A DNA stretch of 64,000 bases from Lama guanicoe (taxonomy: Eukaryota), in NCBI GenBank assembly GCA_013239625.1, contig MU053304.1, positions 2,356,001-2,420,000 on the forward strand, in the 5' to 3' direction. Positions 37,181-50,160 of the stretch are shown in pieces. Each line of letters opens with the position of its first letter. Positions within the stretch are counted from its first letter, which is position 1. The translations under genes and the position numbers were made by a program. The notes under the pieces were generated by a model. The model did not search any database, was not told the DNA's origin, and saw only the letters and a list, made by a program, of their open reading frames with translations.

Positions 37181-39500
37181 TCTATCCTTAGTCAGAATGT
37201 ATATTAAATTAACAATCATTAATAATATTCATATTACTGAGTGTATATTAAAATGAATCTAATAAGAGTTTATTGACAAAACAGCTGAGTTTATTTGCAT
37301 TGTTTGTAATTTTATATTTAAATTGGGGAAAAAACCCCAGAAAGAATCTTCTTTAAATCTTTGCAAAATAAGATACAAAGAAGGGCCTAAATTCTAACTA
37401 AAATACTAAGACTTAACATTTGTATGGTACTACATCATTTACAAATAATGTGTCGCAAGGCATGTCACATCACATTCCCAACATACTAAGAAGTAAATAT
37501 TGTCACTGGTTTAGGGATGGGAAAATAGAGTTACCATGCAGTTCACTAACTTGCCCGAGGTCCCTAGCTTTTGACACATAGAGTCAAACCTTGAATACAA
37601 GCCTTTGAATTCCATATTCAGAACTTTTCGAGCATGCTGAGTCTCACACCCTTTGTTGTAATATCCAACATGCTGCCCTAGTGCACGTGTTTCGGGCATT
37701 AGCAGAGCAGGAATCTCCCATAAATTAGAAAAATATTTGCAAATAGCTATTTTTAAGTTTTCAGTTTTGTGTTTGGGTAAACTTCCTATATTTGTTTCAT
37801 GGTTTTGTCTGTTTTCATTTTGATTGATATGTGTGTGGGTGGCACTGCAAAATGTTTTGGTCCTTAGACTCTCTAAAGATCCAGAGATAGAAACATCTGA
37901 CCTTTCAGGTACCAACACTGGCTTGGCAGAAGTAAATTCTTGAGACTTACATACCAATGATAACCATTAAAACTAGTTCTCTTGTGCTTAAAGATATCTG
38001 TGAAAGATAGGACCACACATGGAACAAAAATAATGATTTAGTCTTTATGAACCCATTTCTTGGCTTTGGTGCTGCTGAGAGCAGTGGGAGGTGGAGTGGA
38101 GGGGATGAGTGATGAAGAGTTGATACTAATGACATTTGACTCACACGGCCCTGCACTCCTACACGGAGACTGATCAATTCCCCTAATCTATCTCATTCTG
38201 GCAGATGCCATCAGATAATAACTAAGAATTCTTTCTCATCGGAGCCAATTCTGAATTGGTGGTCTGGAGAGAAATTCTGTATTGAATTACCAAGTGGTTC
38301 CAATAGAATCATTTCCAACAGTAACTAGGGTTGATGGAATGCCCATTCCTTAAAAGCAATACCAAATTCCAGATTTTTCCAAAAAGAAAAATCAGAGCTC
38401 AGCTCCCTCGTCTGCATTCTTCTTTTTAAGTGTGGAAAGATTTTTCTGCAAGAAAGTAAAGAATGCCTTTAAGTGCATGGAGCATGCCTCCATATTCTCC
38501 ACATTTCTGCTACCATCTGAACCTCCACAGTGTTCAGAGTGTAATAGGGAGGGTCTCTCTCTAGTTCAGTGTAGAAAGTGGCACCTTAGCTTTGTGGTTC
38601 AGTGGTGGCTGCATTTATCAAAGTTTTATGAATCTGAATCAAGCTGTTTTTAATAGAGAATTATCTCAATTGATAGAAAGAAAAGATTCTTTTATCTGCT
38701 GGACTAAGATACTTGGCACTATTCTCATCAAAGGAAGAGGTAGCAGCCTATTGAGGACAAGGATGAGATAATGGCAGTTGTTTGCAATGAGAGGACCCAT
38801 TCTTAATTGTTAGCGTATGTCTGGGAAATGTTCTGAGGCGTTGCCTTGGTTGGATAATGGTTTAATAACCCATGATGGGCCTCTAGAAAGTTATATCAAA
38901 AGAGAGGCAATGCATCATTATTTTTTAAAGGACTAGAATTCTTTCTTCTTGGGTAATGATTTTTTACTTTTCATAACTCTAGGGTGCTTAACAGCAGCCA
39001 CTGGATACACCTTATAGCAATAAGGACCAGATGGAGCTGGTAAAGCAAGCTGAAAACACACGCATTTGAGAAGCTGATACTAGGATTATAAGCCATTTCT
39101 GTTGGCTTGAAAAAGAAAGAACCACAATTATCATGTTTCTGAGCCAATTCTTGCATTAAGAAATCTCTTGAAGAAACTTGATTCTTGCCATTTCTTTCTT
39201 TTTACTAGATAATTTCCAAACGAACATCCCGTCCCAGATCCTTAAATGCTGTTATCATATATCTCATTTAAGTAAGTCTCTCTAAGGTTCAAATTTTCTC
39301 ATTCCAGGAGTAAAAGAACTACTGAGTAAATAGTTTCTGTCACTCAACATTGGCATTTTCTTTTCCTTTTGTGCTCTTTTGGTGCTGTTTAAGACAGAAG
39401 TGCTAAGGATTAGTGGCAATTATCATATTCAAGGCAGAAATGTCACTTTAAGAAGAACTAGTAGTGAGCGTTTATAAGTTGCATTGAAAATACATGTACA

Positions 39501-39639
39501 GTGGGGTGGGTATAGCTTAAGTGGTAGAGCGCATGCTCAGCATGCACAAGGTCCTGGGTTCAATCCCCAGTACTTCCTCTAAAAATAAATAAGTAAACTG
39601 AATCACCTCCCCCAAAAGTTTTTTTTTTAAAAAAAGAAA
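39501..39639 (+). mobile_element. tRNA-derived camelid SINE (Vic-1 type)
   Basis: ggggtgggtatagcttaagtggtagagcgcatgctcagcatgcacaaggtcctgggttcaatccccagtac (A and B boxes); degenerate TSD gaaaatacatgtaca / gaaattgcatgtata. Confidence 0.92.
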
Positions 39640-40039
39640 GAAATTGCATGTATAAACATTCTATCACACGAGAGGGAATGAAAACTTGAAATCTTGCTAG
39701 ATTATACACATCAAAATTTACCCATAATTCTTCTGACACCACCAATCCATCTGTAGACTGATTCGCACTTTGTACAACTTTGGAACCGTGATACAACCTG
39801 ACGTGCCCTGAAGCGGTGAGGGGCTGCCAGTGCATCCAAATCACCAAAGATTAATGAAGAACAACAACAACAGCAAAATACTAGTCAGAAGACAATTTGT
39901 CGGCACGGGCTTTAGTGTTGCATACTTTGTCGTCTCCACCTCTTCACAGCTGCGTGACTTCAACGACTTCCCTGACTTCTCTAACCCGCACTTCACTTGG
40001 ATTAGAGAGTGGAACGATAGAGGACTCGTGCGCGCTGGC

Positions 40040-40240
40040 TCTAGAACCCACAGCCCTCAAAGCCTGGTTCTGCCACTCCCTGTAGCTAACCGTGGCAAAT
40101 TATTTCATTGAGACTACCTGACCCTCAGTTTCTTCATCTGTAACATGTGGATAGAAATAACATTTATCTTATAGAGCTTTTATGAGGGTTGTGTTCATCA
40201 ATCAGTCTATAGATGCTTAACACAGTGCCTGATGCTCAAT
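40040..40240 (+). mobile_element. MIR SINE
   Basis: 'cctggttctgccact...cctcagtttcttcatctgtaacatg...gcttaacacagtgcctg'. Confidence 0.8.
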
Positions 40241-40789
40241 GAAAGAGCCAAGCATGGAAGCTCATCTGGATATTCAACCTGCCGGACTCTGTTTCATCAA
40301 GAAAGAGAATAAAGCAACAGTCTGTCCACGTTGGCAGAAGCCTGCCTGTAACTGACCAGAGCATATGGGATTTCAGGTATCATGGAGGTCAGATTTTATA
40401 GAACAGTCATTCCAGTGAGCTGGTCCAGGAGGCGTGGTCTGAGGAACAGTTTTGAATGGTGATTGACCTGAAGATTTCATACTCTATTTTCTCATGAAAA
40501 CTCTGAGGTTCTGGAAGAGAAAATGACATCTCCCATAAACACTTGAATGGTGATCCCATTGTGCAACAGATTGATTGGGATATTCATGAATAATACATTG
40601 GTAATCGACACGAATTGAGTAAAGATGTTCTTGATTCCAGGCTGAATCACTTTCCCTCCATCACTGCATCTTCAAACAACCCTTGGAAATTGTATCCCTC
40701 CTTTTTCCTTTATCCAGTCTCACATCCTATGTGGTTTGACTTCTGCAGGCTTCCGTGAAGTTGCTCTCTCTTCTTCCACAACAGGAATG

Positions 40790-41130
40790 CTCATCCATTC
40801 CTTAATCATCCATCCATCCATTCATTCATTCATTCATTCTGCACATATATACTGAGCACACAGGTGGTGCTCCAGCAAGGAATACATCAAGTCCGTGTCC
40901 CTTTGGACCTTATGTTCTAGTGGAGAAAACAGGAAACCGAAATAAGTATCTAAAGTTATAGGGAAAACTAATTCAGAATTCAGGAAACAGAGAGAGGTGC
41001 TCTTGTAGGCAGGCTAGGTGAGATTTGGGCATGGATTGAAGAAAATATGGGTGCAAAGACTAAAGCTCTGGGTGATGCACATTCTATGCTGTAGGGAATA
41101 AAAGCACAACAGCCCTGAGATGGGGTGGTA
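40790..41130 (-). mobile_element. L2 3' end with (TCCA/TTCA)n tail
   Basis: 'catccatccattcattcattcattcattc...actgagcac...gaccttatgttctagtggaga'. Confidence 0.7.
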
Positions 41131-41686
41131 GCACCTTCAGGAGTGGGTAAGTGACAGCAGAGGGGGTCCCTGGTACCCGTGCCACCCCCACTCTACAGTC
41201 AAGGAAACTAACGGATCATGAGAGAGGCTGTCCGAGTCAAGATGGCAGAGCCGTGCACGTCTGGGGTCTGTGCTGCTAACCCCGTGCTGCTTTGCTCCTC
41301 AAGAGGCGGCAGTTCTTTGACATTTAGGGCTCTCCAGACAGCAGGACCAGCAGTCCCTTCTTCCCCCCACCCCTGAATTCTTCACCCCATTTAACAGATG
41401 CATCTACTTTATTTAAATACTTCTTAATCTCTTCCTTTATGTTGTTTTATATGCTTTCTTCTCTATAGCCTTCATTTTAATGATTTTTTCATTTTTAAAA
41501 TTTTTATTTTTTCACTTGTCCAGTTGTCTGTTTAAATTTAAATTTCATTTTTAATTGAAGTATATTTACAATGTTGTGTTAGCATTTCTATGATTTTAAA
41601 CAGGCTTTCCTGATCAATTCGTTTCTGGAGTTGGAAGTTGTGCACAGACGTACTGTTGTGGATTTTTTTTCTCTTTTTTCCCTCAG

Positions 41687-41750
41687 TGCAAGAGTGATTT
41701 GTTCGCTAAAGCAAATGGTTCTGCCCCCCAGGATCTCATGCGGTGGTAAC
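41687..41750 (+). other. Candidate internal exon (64 nt) of an unidentified transcript
   Basis: Strong polypyrimidine tract 'tttttttctcttttttccctcag' and donor 'aac|gtgagt'; no recognisable protein. Confidence 0.35.
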
Positions 41751-44700
41751 GTGAGTTCATGTCCAGATGCTCGTGTCTCTCCCATGGATCCATATAAAAT
41801 GTGTGAATTTTTTGTGTTATGATATATGGAACAGAAGACAGTTTTTTCCTATTGTTTCTTCCCTTCTCACAATTATATAATTTAATCTATCAATGACTAT
41901 TGTCCTGCTAAAAAGTCAGATGAAATCAACCCAATCCACATGCTGGAACACATGCATTTTCCAGAAAAATTACAGCCTTCACTTGGACAAGGTGAGTAAG
42001 TCAAACTGGGGGTTTCTGTTTTTGCAATACCACTGCCTGAATGTGCATGGGTATCTTGAGTTTCTGCCTTAGTTATGAGAATGTAAATCCAGTAGATAAA
42101 GGGGAACAGAGGATATTTTTAAAGAGGGGAGATTTATTAAGAGTATACTCACGTCATTTTAAAATTTTAAAACTGATAAAATCGTCATTCAGCTGATTAG
42201 AACACAAAGTGGCTTCTTGATAGTCTTTGATGTCTGGCACTGAGGTTTTCTTCTTGCAATCGCCTTATAAATGGTCCCCTAGTGAGTCAGCGAAGCAGAT
42301 CAATAAACATATCCACTGACTGTTCCTTCTGTGATCCCTGGAAAAGTGATGGAAGATACAAAAATGTTGCTCATTTTGACTGAAATATGGACTTTTCTAA
42401 TATTAAAGAATAGATGACACTCACTGTGCTGAGGTACAGCAGCCCCACTAGTGCAAAATTTTACTTACAATAATCTTTCTCTTGTCAACAGCCTTGTTTT
42501 ATTTATTCGGCACCACCTGGTGTAAGCCATGTGTCCAAATACTATACTTGCATGAAAAGCTGCTATATTCTTATGTCATGAAATAGCACTCCCAAATCCC
42601 GGCAGAGCTGTGGTTTATAATGTTCTTTGCAAAGGCTGCGAATGGTTCATATTTTAAAATTGTTTATGTGAGATTCTATTGAAAATCCGAAGATCCTTGC
42701 CAAAAAGAAGTAGTATGAGATGTAGCAGACACATACATAATGGGCAGAGCATTTCAATCTTGTTCTAAGAGTATTTACACATTCTAGAAGTAATTAAAAG
42801 ATAAGTGAGTATAAAGTAATTAGTAATATTAGTAATGTATATTAGTATTTATATTTATAAAGTATTAGTAATATATATTGATTTTTTGGGGGAACAGATC
42901 CTTAAAGTAATGGAGAAGATGATGGTTTATTTTCTTGCAGAGTGCTCAGAGTCTTTGATTCAGGAAGGCAGAAATGATGTGTTTGCTCTTTTGCTGACTT
43001 GACTAGATCTAATTAGGTATTGATTCTGAACTCTGTGTAGCCAGCAGACAATGGGAGAAGCTGAAGGAAGATCACGCGTGAGAGCCCAGGCTTTCTTCAG
43101 CCTCCCCGCAATGAGTTCATGAGTTACAGTGAAAAATTAGTGAATAGCCACTTCTTAAAGGAAAATATCAAACAATACGATACAGGCTTACAAACTTACC
43201 GTCAGTTGAAATTCAAAAGACATCTGAAGGATGATATATGCATTTCCAATTATTTGCTTCTAGGTCTCGCTACTAAATCAAATCCAGACTACCATAGTTC
43301 TAAAGGAGTATATTTTGAGTAGATGGACTTATTAACCATTAAAGTATCAATTATTTATATATTAAGCATTTGAAAGCAATGTGCTTTCTTACAGATTTTA
43401 AATGTTACTTCCACATACGGCTTGCATCTTAAAGTTACTTATTAAAATTATTCCTGATCTCTAGGGAAAAAGAAACACCAGGCTAAACACTGTCTGTTCA
43501 TCAATCTCTAATTATTTATAGACCAAATAAATGAGGTTTTACTCGATTGAAAATGACTTTAAGCCATTATTCTACTCTCTCTAAGACTATGTGATTGTTT
43601 CTCATTGCAGCTGAAGAAGATACGGTCCACACAGTGAAAATGGAAGAGAAAAAATTTAAGAGAAAAAAATATACCCATGATTCTAGATGCCGACTGTGTG
43701 GCTACCAACAATGTCATTTGAAACTGCTTAAGTAAAGATATGGTACAGACTGGGATGAAGAGATGTGAGAACATTTTCCTAGCCTTGTTGTAAATCTGTA
43801 TCTTATTTGAAGAAGGAATAAAACACAAAGGAGGCTCAGACTTTGCTCCCAAATATGCTGCCTCTTTACATATATATTTCTGAAGAATGTCTTGTTTCAT
43901 AAGAAAAAAAACCAATATTGGAGTGATACTTCCTGTACGTGAAGCTGTATTTTAAATAACACCCTAGATTCTTCATTAGGGAATGGGCCTCAGATACTAA
44001 GCTTCAGACTCCAGAGAAATCAAGTGGGAAAAGTAAAGCCCTTACCGTGCCTGCTTACAGAGGAATTCTGGAGGGAAATGAGACGGTCTGTGGATGTGTT
44101 TTTAATTTCCTGGAAGAAAAGAATGTTCATCTGAAATCGATTTTATGAACGCGTCTTAAAAGCTCGTGGATCGAGTACATCCTATTTGACCTGCAAAGTT
44201 GGCCTTGGGCCTGCGCACACTCACCTGGGTCCTCCTTCTTTCCTGACTCTCAGCCACACTCGGCGGAGCAGATGAGAATGTCGGCTTACAGATTCACCTA
44301 GATTCCAGGGAAACCAAGTAAGAAGGGAGCAGGAGAATCAGTATCTTCATGTTTTCCTCGAGATTTCCACTGAGCCCATCTCATTTTTCTCAAGACAAAA
44401 GCACCGTAGAGGATTAAAGTATTTGATCGTCTAGAACTGTAATAATTCCTACTGGTCATAGAGCAGTTAGAATGTAAAATATAAGTGGGGAGAAAGTTCT
44501 GGTTTCTGTCACAGAGTGAATGAGTCAGCAGGAGCTTATCTCCCACTACACACGTACAGAAATGCTAGGCAGGTGTTAACAAAAGATACGTGCAAATCTC
44601 ACCTCAAGGAAAGAAGTGGACAGCCCAATATTCCACAGATTCAGAGAGAAAGCAAAGTCAGGGTGACAGAGTGGAGGCATGCCTGATGGTTAGGGATGCA

Positions 44701-44968
44701 GACTTTGGGCCAGAAAATTTGGACCCAAATCCTGGATTGCCATTGGCTGGCTCGCTTCAATATAACAGCGACCACAAATCAAACTTCTCAAAGATTTATT
44801 GGTCACAGTAGACACCGTGATGGATGTTGGAACACACTATACTCAGAAATGAATGCAAATGTACACACCACATATCAAATGGAGCTGGATTCAACCCAAG
44901 TGTTAAGCCAGCTGAATTTACAGTCTTTAATCTACATAATATAAACTATGATTAAAAGGTAATGATTT

Positions 44969-45022
44969 CAGAAGTTGACACATTGTAATTGTACTGCAAT
45001 AAAAATAAATTAATTAATTAAA
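44969..45022 (+). mobile_element. Ultra-short L1 3'-terminal insertion with 15-bp TSD
   Basis: 'cagaagttgacacattgtaattgtactgcaataaaa' resembles the L1 terminus at 7251-7294; TSD aaaaggtaatgattt / aaaaagtaatgattt. Confidence 0.75.
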
Positions 45023-45049
45023 AAAAAGTAATGATTTAAGAATCCAAGT

Positions 45050-46950
45050 CAAAAAAAAAATAACAGCAAAACTCTGGGAAAAGGAAAAAAACTGATAAAA
45101 ATAAGAACAAAAATTACTGAAATTGAAACAAAGAAACAATAGAGAGAATCAACAAAACCCAAAGCGGGTGCATTAAAATATGGATAAAATACACAACTAA
45201 ATGATAAAGTTGAGCTGCAAAAAAGAAAATAAGAATGTGAGGAATATATTGGATGTTACAAGAGGTATTACCGAAATGTTTTAATATCAAGAGTGTATAC
45301 TAAAACATTCTATGCCAGTTCACTTGGAATTTAGAAGAAGTCAATAATTTTCTTAAAAAATATTAAAACATATATTACCACAAGTGACTCAGGAGAACAC
45401 AGAAAATCTAATTGTCTCATAATTCTTTAAAAAAATCAAATTAATATTCAAAGTAGCACCCCTCCCTCCTCTGGCAAAATGAGCACACAAAAATACACAC
45501 GTTAACTAACATAACAAACAAAAGAAACACCAGTTCCAGACCGTAAGCCAAGTTACAGCAGATGTTCAAGGAATAAGCAATTGAAGTTTGATACAAACTT
45601 TTCAAAAAATAAAGAGAGTGGGAAATTTTTCCATCTCTTTTTATAATGCTATTATGTCTTTGAACATTGACAGTATAAAAAGAGAAATTATAGGGCAATC
45701 TCACTGCAGAATGTAGATTCAAACACCTACATAAATCTTGACCACCCTGAATTTTGGATGATGTGAGATAAATAAAGCACGTCATGATCAGGTAGGGTGT
45801 GTTCTGAGATGCAAAACTGACTTAACATTAGGAAACTTACAAAAGTTAATCAACACATGTCAAGATACCTTTGACTTCAAGTAAGGAAGAAGCCAACAAA
45901 AAAGTAGCATGTATTATTTCATAAAACAAGAAGCCCAGAGGTGGTTGGGTGGTTTCAGGGTTAATTATGGAACACCATCATGTTCAAGAAACCAGTTTCC
46001 AGTCACGTTTTCTCTCTGCAGTGTTCAGTGTGTGAATGATTCCTGCAGGGCTGCAAGATGGTAGTGGACATACTGAAAATATTCCAAAAGGATGGGTCCT
46101 TGCCAAGCCTTTTTGCCAGTCTCCCAAGCAGAATATTCTTTATGTGTCATTGGCTGCGGTCATGTCACTTGTTCACGTTTAAACGGGCACTGAGAGAGAT
46201 AATAGAATTATGATACTTTCTGTAGACTAATCAAAATTCACCATAGGAGTTGGGGAGCCATCCAGCCCATGAACTACATAACCTCCCGATACTTGAACAA
46301 AATCAATTTTCTCTTAGGAAGGTAGACCCAGAATAATGGCTTCGGTGCAGCCTGCAGCGTTGATAGATAAAGAGGAGAATATGAAATCAGTTTAGCAGTT
46401 ATAGCAAAAACAGTGAATGAAATTCAACATTAAGTTCTAAGTAAAAGGAACAAGAATGAAAAACACTTTAAAAAGTGAAAAAGGGAAAGGAAATTAACAT
46501 GATAAAGTCAATTCTCCAAAACGCTAAATATCTTAAAATGTATTTCTTCACATCTAGGAGCTAATCAAGGATGTCAGCCAGCTCTTCTCACTTGTATTAA
46601 ATATTTTAATGGGTATTCTCAGCCAGTACCTGAAATGAAATGGAAGGATAGGCTAGAAAGAGACAAAAATGTTAATTTTTTTGGCGATACATGATCACCT
46701 GCATGAAAAAGTTAGAGAATATATTGTCAAATTAGTATAATACGTAAATTGGCTTAAAGGGTTTCTGGATACAATAGCATTACATATATGTAGGGCACCT
46801 ATGTACCCTTTAGTTGCATTGCTAAATTAAAAATGTAACTAACAGACAAAGAGATCTAATTTACAATAGCAACAAAAGCAGTGAGTTATCTAGCGATAAA
46901 TCCTTACAAGTCTTCATGGAGGAAATTATAGAAATTTATCATTGAAATTA
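45050..46950 (+). mobile_element. Highly decayed old L1 (L1ME-like) ORF2 fragments, interrupted by an MLT1-like LTR (~45870-46350)
   Basis: 'gaaattgaaacaaagaaacaatagagagaatcaacaaaacccaaag', 'gaaattatagggcaatctcact', 'tttggcgatacatgatc' (FADDMI-like). Confidence 0.7.
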
Positions 46951-47439
46951 AAAGTTCTATTTTCTCAAATTCTTAGGCAAAAAGGCAATAAATACACTAA
47001 TTTTATAGGATTGTTTTAAGAATTAAATGATGTAATGTATAAGAATCAATTAACACTATTCCTTGCAAAATAATTACTCAGAAGCTTTCAAATACATTTT
47101 ATAGAAATGTTGTATATTTTAAGAACTTATGAAATAGCTTCTAAGAGCCCTGGAATTGCTTGGAGCAATTTGAAAACCACAGGATGGCATTTATATTTTT
47201 CAGCTAACCTAAACCAAATCCAACACCTCTTTTATGACCTAAATCAAAGCTAGACCTTTCCCTTGACTATGAATTTTCTCAACACTTATCTACACAGTGT
47301 GCCCCATTGCCACTTGTCAACTTATGTTTTTCATCTTTTATTTGTATATTTATAGGAATGCTTTGTCCTCCCCAAAACAAAACAGATTCTCCAATTTTAT
47401 GGCTAACCCTTTCTTCTTTTGTATCTGACAGAACATCTG

Positions 47440-50160
47440 ATATTTATCCATTTCTTACACAAATATTTTTGAGTGACTACTCTGTGTCAGGCACTGGTCC
47501 AGGTTCATAGGATAAATCAATCAACAAAATCGATAACATCTCCTGTCTTCATGGAGATTGTATTTTAGTAAGCAGAACAAATATTGAACAAGAAACCTAA
47601 GAAATTAGCTAGCTATTGTGGTAGAGACAGCTAGCTGATTCCCAGAATTCTATTTTCCATCTTTCCTGTGCACACAGCTAGACTATGTTCCTCAAATGCC
47701 CTTGCAATTAAGTGTGCTCACGTGGCTAAGTTCTTGCCCGTGTGATAAGAAGTGATATATGCCATTTCCTGGCCAAGGCTGATATGGCCCTCCAAATCCT
47801 TCTATATCTTGTTTTCTATTGACTGGCTACATAAAAATCACAGGTCCTGGGGGGATGATGGAGACACAGCGTGGGATGAGCCAATCACGGAATTACATTT
47901 TTAAAAAAGAACTGCCCTCTGATCAGGAATACTGCTTTGGTCTGTTTCTTGTGTGACACATAAAATTTATTGTGTTTGGCTCTTAGATACTTTTGGCTTT
48001 ATTTGTACAGCAGTCCAGCATGTCCTGCATAAAATAAGTATATGGCATGTTTGAAAGTATTAGCTACAAAGAGAAAAAAAAAAGCCAACCAACTGAAAAA
48101 CAGAGCAAGCTAAATGGACATCGGATGCCAAGGTGTTGGGTGGTTGCAGTTTTTAATTAGAGTGGTTGGAGTAGGCCTCACAGAGTAGGTAATCTTTCAG
48201 TTTTAAAAAAGGTAAGGGAATTACTCAGGTAGCTATCTCGAGGAAGACCATTCCACTAATTCAGCATAATGGCTCCAAAGCAGGAGTGTGCCTGGCGTGT
48301 TCAAGTCATGCCCGGGAGACCACTGGTGCTAGAGTTTTTTATTCTAAGTAAAATCGAAGCCAATGTAGGGTGATGAGCAAAGGAGTGAGACTGATTTAAA
48401 AGGATCATTCTGGCTGCTTTGATGAGAATAGCTGTAAAGGTTGACACAGGAAGACTGGCTGGGAGTTGATCACGACTCAGCCTGGACTAGTGATGGAGGT
48501 AGAGACAAATGACAAGATTTTGCATTTATTTTGAGAGCAGGACCAATGGTATTTGCTTACAAATTGAAGTCAGGGTATAGACAAAAAGAAGAGGCAAGGG
48601 TACTTCAAGGGTCTTGGCCCGAGTAACCAAAGGTGTGAATGAACTGCCAAACTGAGGTAGGGGAGTCAGAGAAAACTGATAGGGGAGGAAATCTGTTATG
48701 AAGTTGTTAAAATTGTATGCCTATTTAGTTTTATGTTAGTTTGAACTGTATGTAATTGTTGACATTCAACCTTGCATTCTTGTAAAAATAGCAATTTTGT
48801 AACATTCGACCTGAAACAAGTCTGGAGTTTAGAAGCAAGGTCTGGAAATCATCAGCATAAAGACAGTATTTCAAGCTATGTGGCTAGATTAGATCATTGT
48901 ATTGGTCACAGTTCAGTCAGGAACCAGAAACCACATCAATTATTTTAACTGGAGGATGAAATACAAAGAGATGTTAGTCAGGTATTAGAAAATTGAAAAG
49001 GCAGCAAGAAGACACGACTCCAGGAGGAGTTACCGTTCCTTGGCTGGGGAGACAGAGGGGAGAGGCTGGACTCATAGAACGTAAAGGCTTGGAAGAGGGG
49101 CCCATAGGGTGCAGACCTCTGGGGGGGGCATCATTTGCCTGGTGTTTCAGAGAGGACTGATCCTGGTAATATGAGGGGAAGCCCTGCAAACTGGGAAAAA
49201 TCACTGCCGCTGGAATCATCTGTCTCTTTAAGGGCGATAAGCCACTGCCATTCGAATTTCTTCTCCCTTTTCTCATCTTCCAGCTCACCTCTTGCGTCTT
49301 CCATTGGTAGAACCTAAATGGGATCAACTGGCAAAGGGGAACTGTGGTTTCCAGACACCCGAGCTCAGTAGCACAAAGCCTGGTATAAAAGAATAGCTTG
49401 AAGGTGAGACCCAGGCACCGAGGAATCAGCACGGTCATGAAAGAGTAAGCGTGGAGAGCACCCATGCCCTGGGACACTCCACGTGAGAGGTTGGGGGCAT
49501 GGAGGCGAAGGAAACACAGAAGGAACAGCCAGGGAGGGAGGGGGGAAACTGAACATATGCACATCCTCGGTATCCCAGCGCAAAAGTGCTTCAAAGGAGA
49601 GCTGCTTATCAACTGTGTGCAGTGTAAAAGGTCGAGTAGCTGTGAACTAAGAATTTGTTGATTTAACAATATGAAGTTATTGGTGCCCCTGACCAAAGGG
49701 GTTTTAGTGAAGTTACAAGGACAAAGAAGAAGGAATTGGAGTAGCAAAGTTAGATATTCAAGTATAGACAACGTACTGGGGTGGCTGCAAAAAGGAGCAG
49801 AGAAAAGGGGCAATATTTCGAAAGAGAAGTCTAGTAGAAGGATTTCCTTTTTGGCAGTGAAAGAATCGGTAGCATGTGTGTATACTAATGGAATGATCCA
49901 GTAGAGAGGTAAACCTAGATATCACAGAAGAGGAAGGGGCTAATTCCTGAAACAACACTCCTGGGATGGAATCAAGAGTGGGGGGATTTGCTTCTAAGGA
50001 GGAGCAGGGGTGGTTCATCTCTAACAAAAGGGATGGTGAGTTCATGAGGACAGATGCTGAAAATCCTGCAGGTGTGGTGGTGGAATCTGTTGCGATTCCT
50101 TTATAATTGCCTATATGATTGCTTAAATTTTTCATGTCATCAACCTAGAGTGAAGATGGC
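47440..50160 (-). mobile_element. Fragmented L2 with nested LTRs (MLT1J-like ~47617-48030; ERVL-class ~48898-49370)
   Basis: 'atatttttgagtgactactctgtgtcaggcactg', 'tttaaaaggatcattctggctgct', 'ttattggtgcccctgaccaaaggggttttagtgaagt'. Confidence 0.65.

Noticed and set aside
39501..39575. tRNA-like sequence with A and B boxes (also 11045-11116)
   Set aside because: SINE head followed by a SINE tail and TSD, not a tRNA gene.
44219..44227. Perfect minus-strand donor cag|gtgagt
   Set aside because: No convincing acceptor or partner exon found; a 9-mer can occur by chance in 64 kb.
48974..49813. Longest ORF in the window (279 aa, minus strand)
   Set aside because: Spans decayed L2 and LTR sequence, has no recognisable domain, and is most likely a chance frame.
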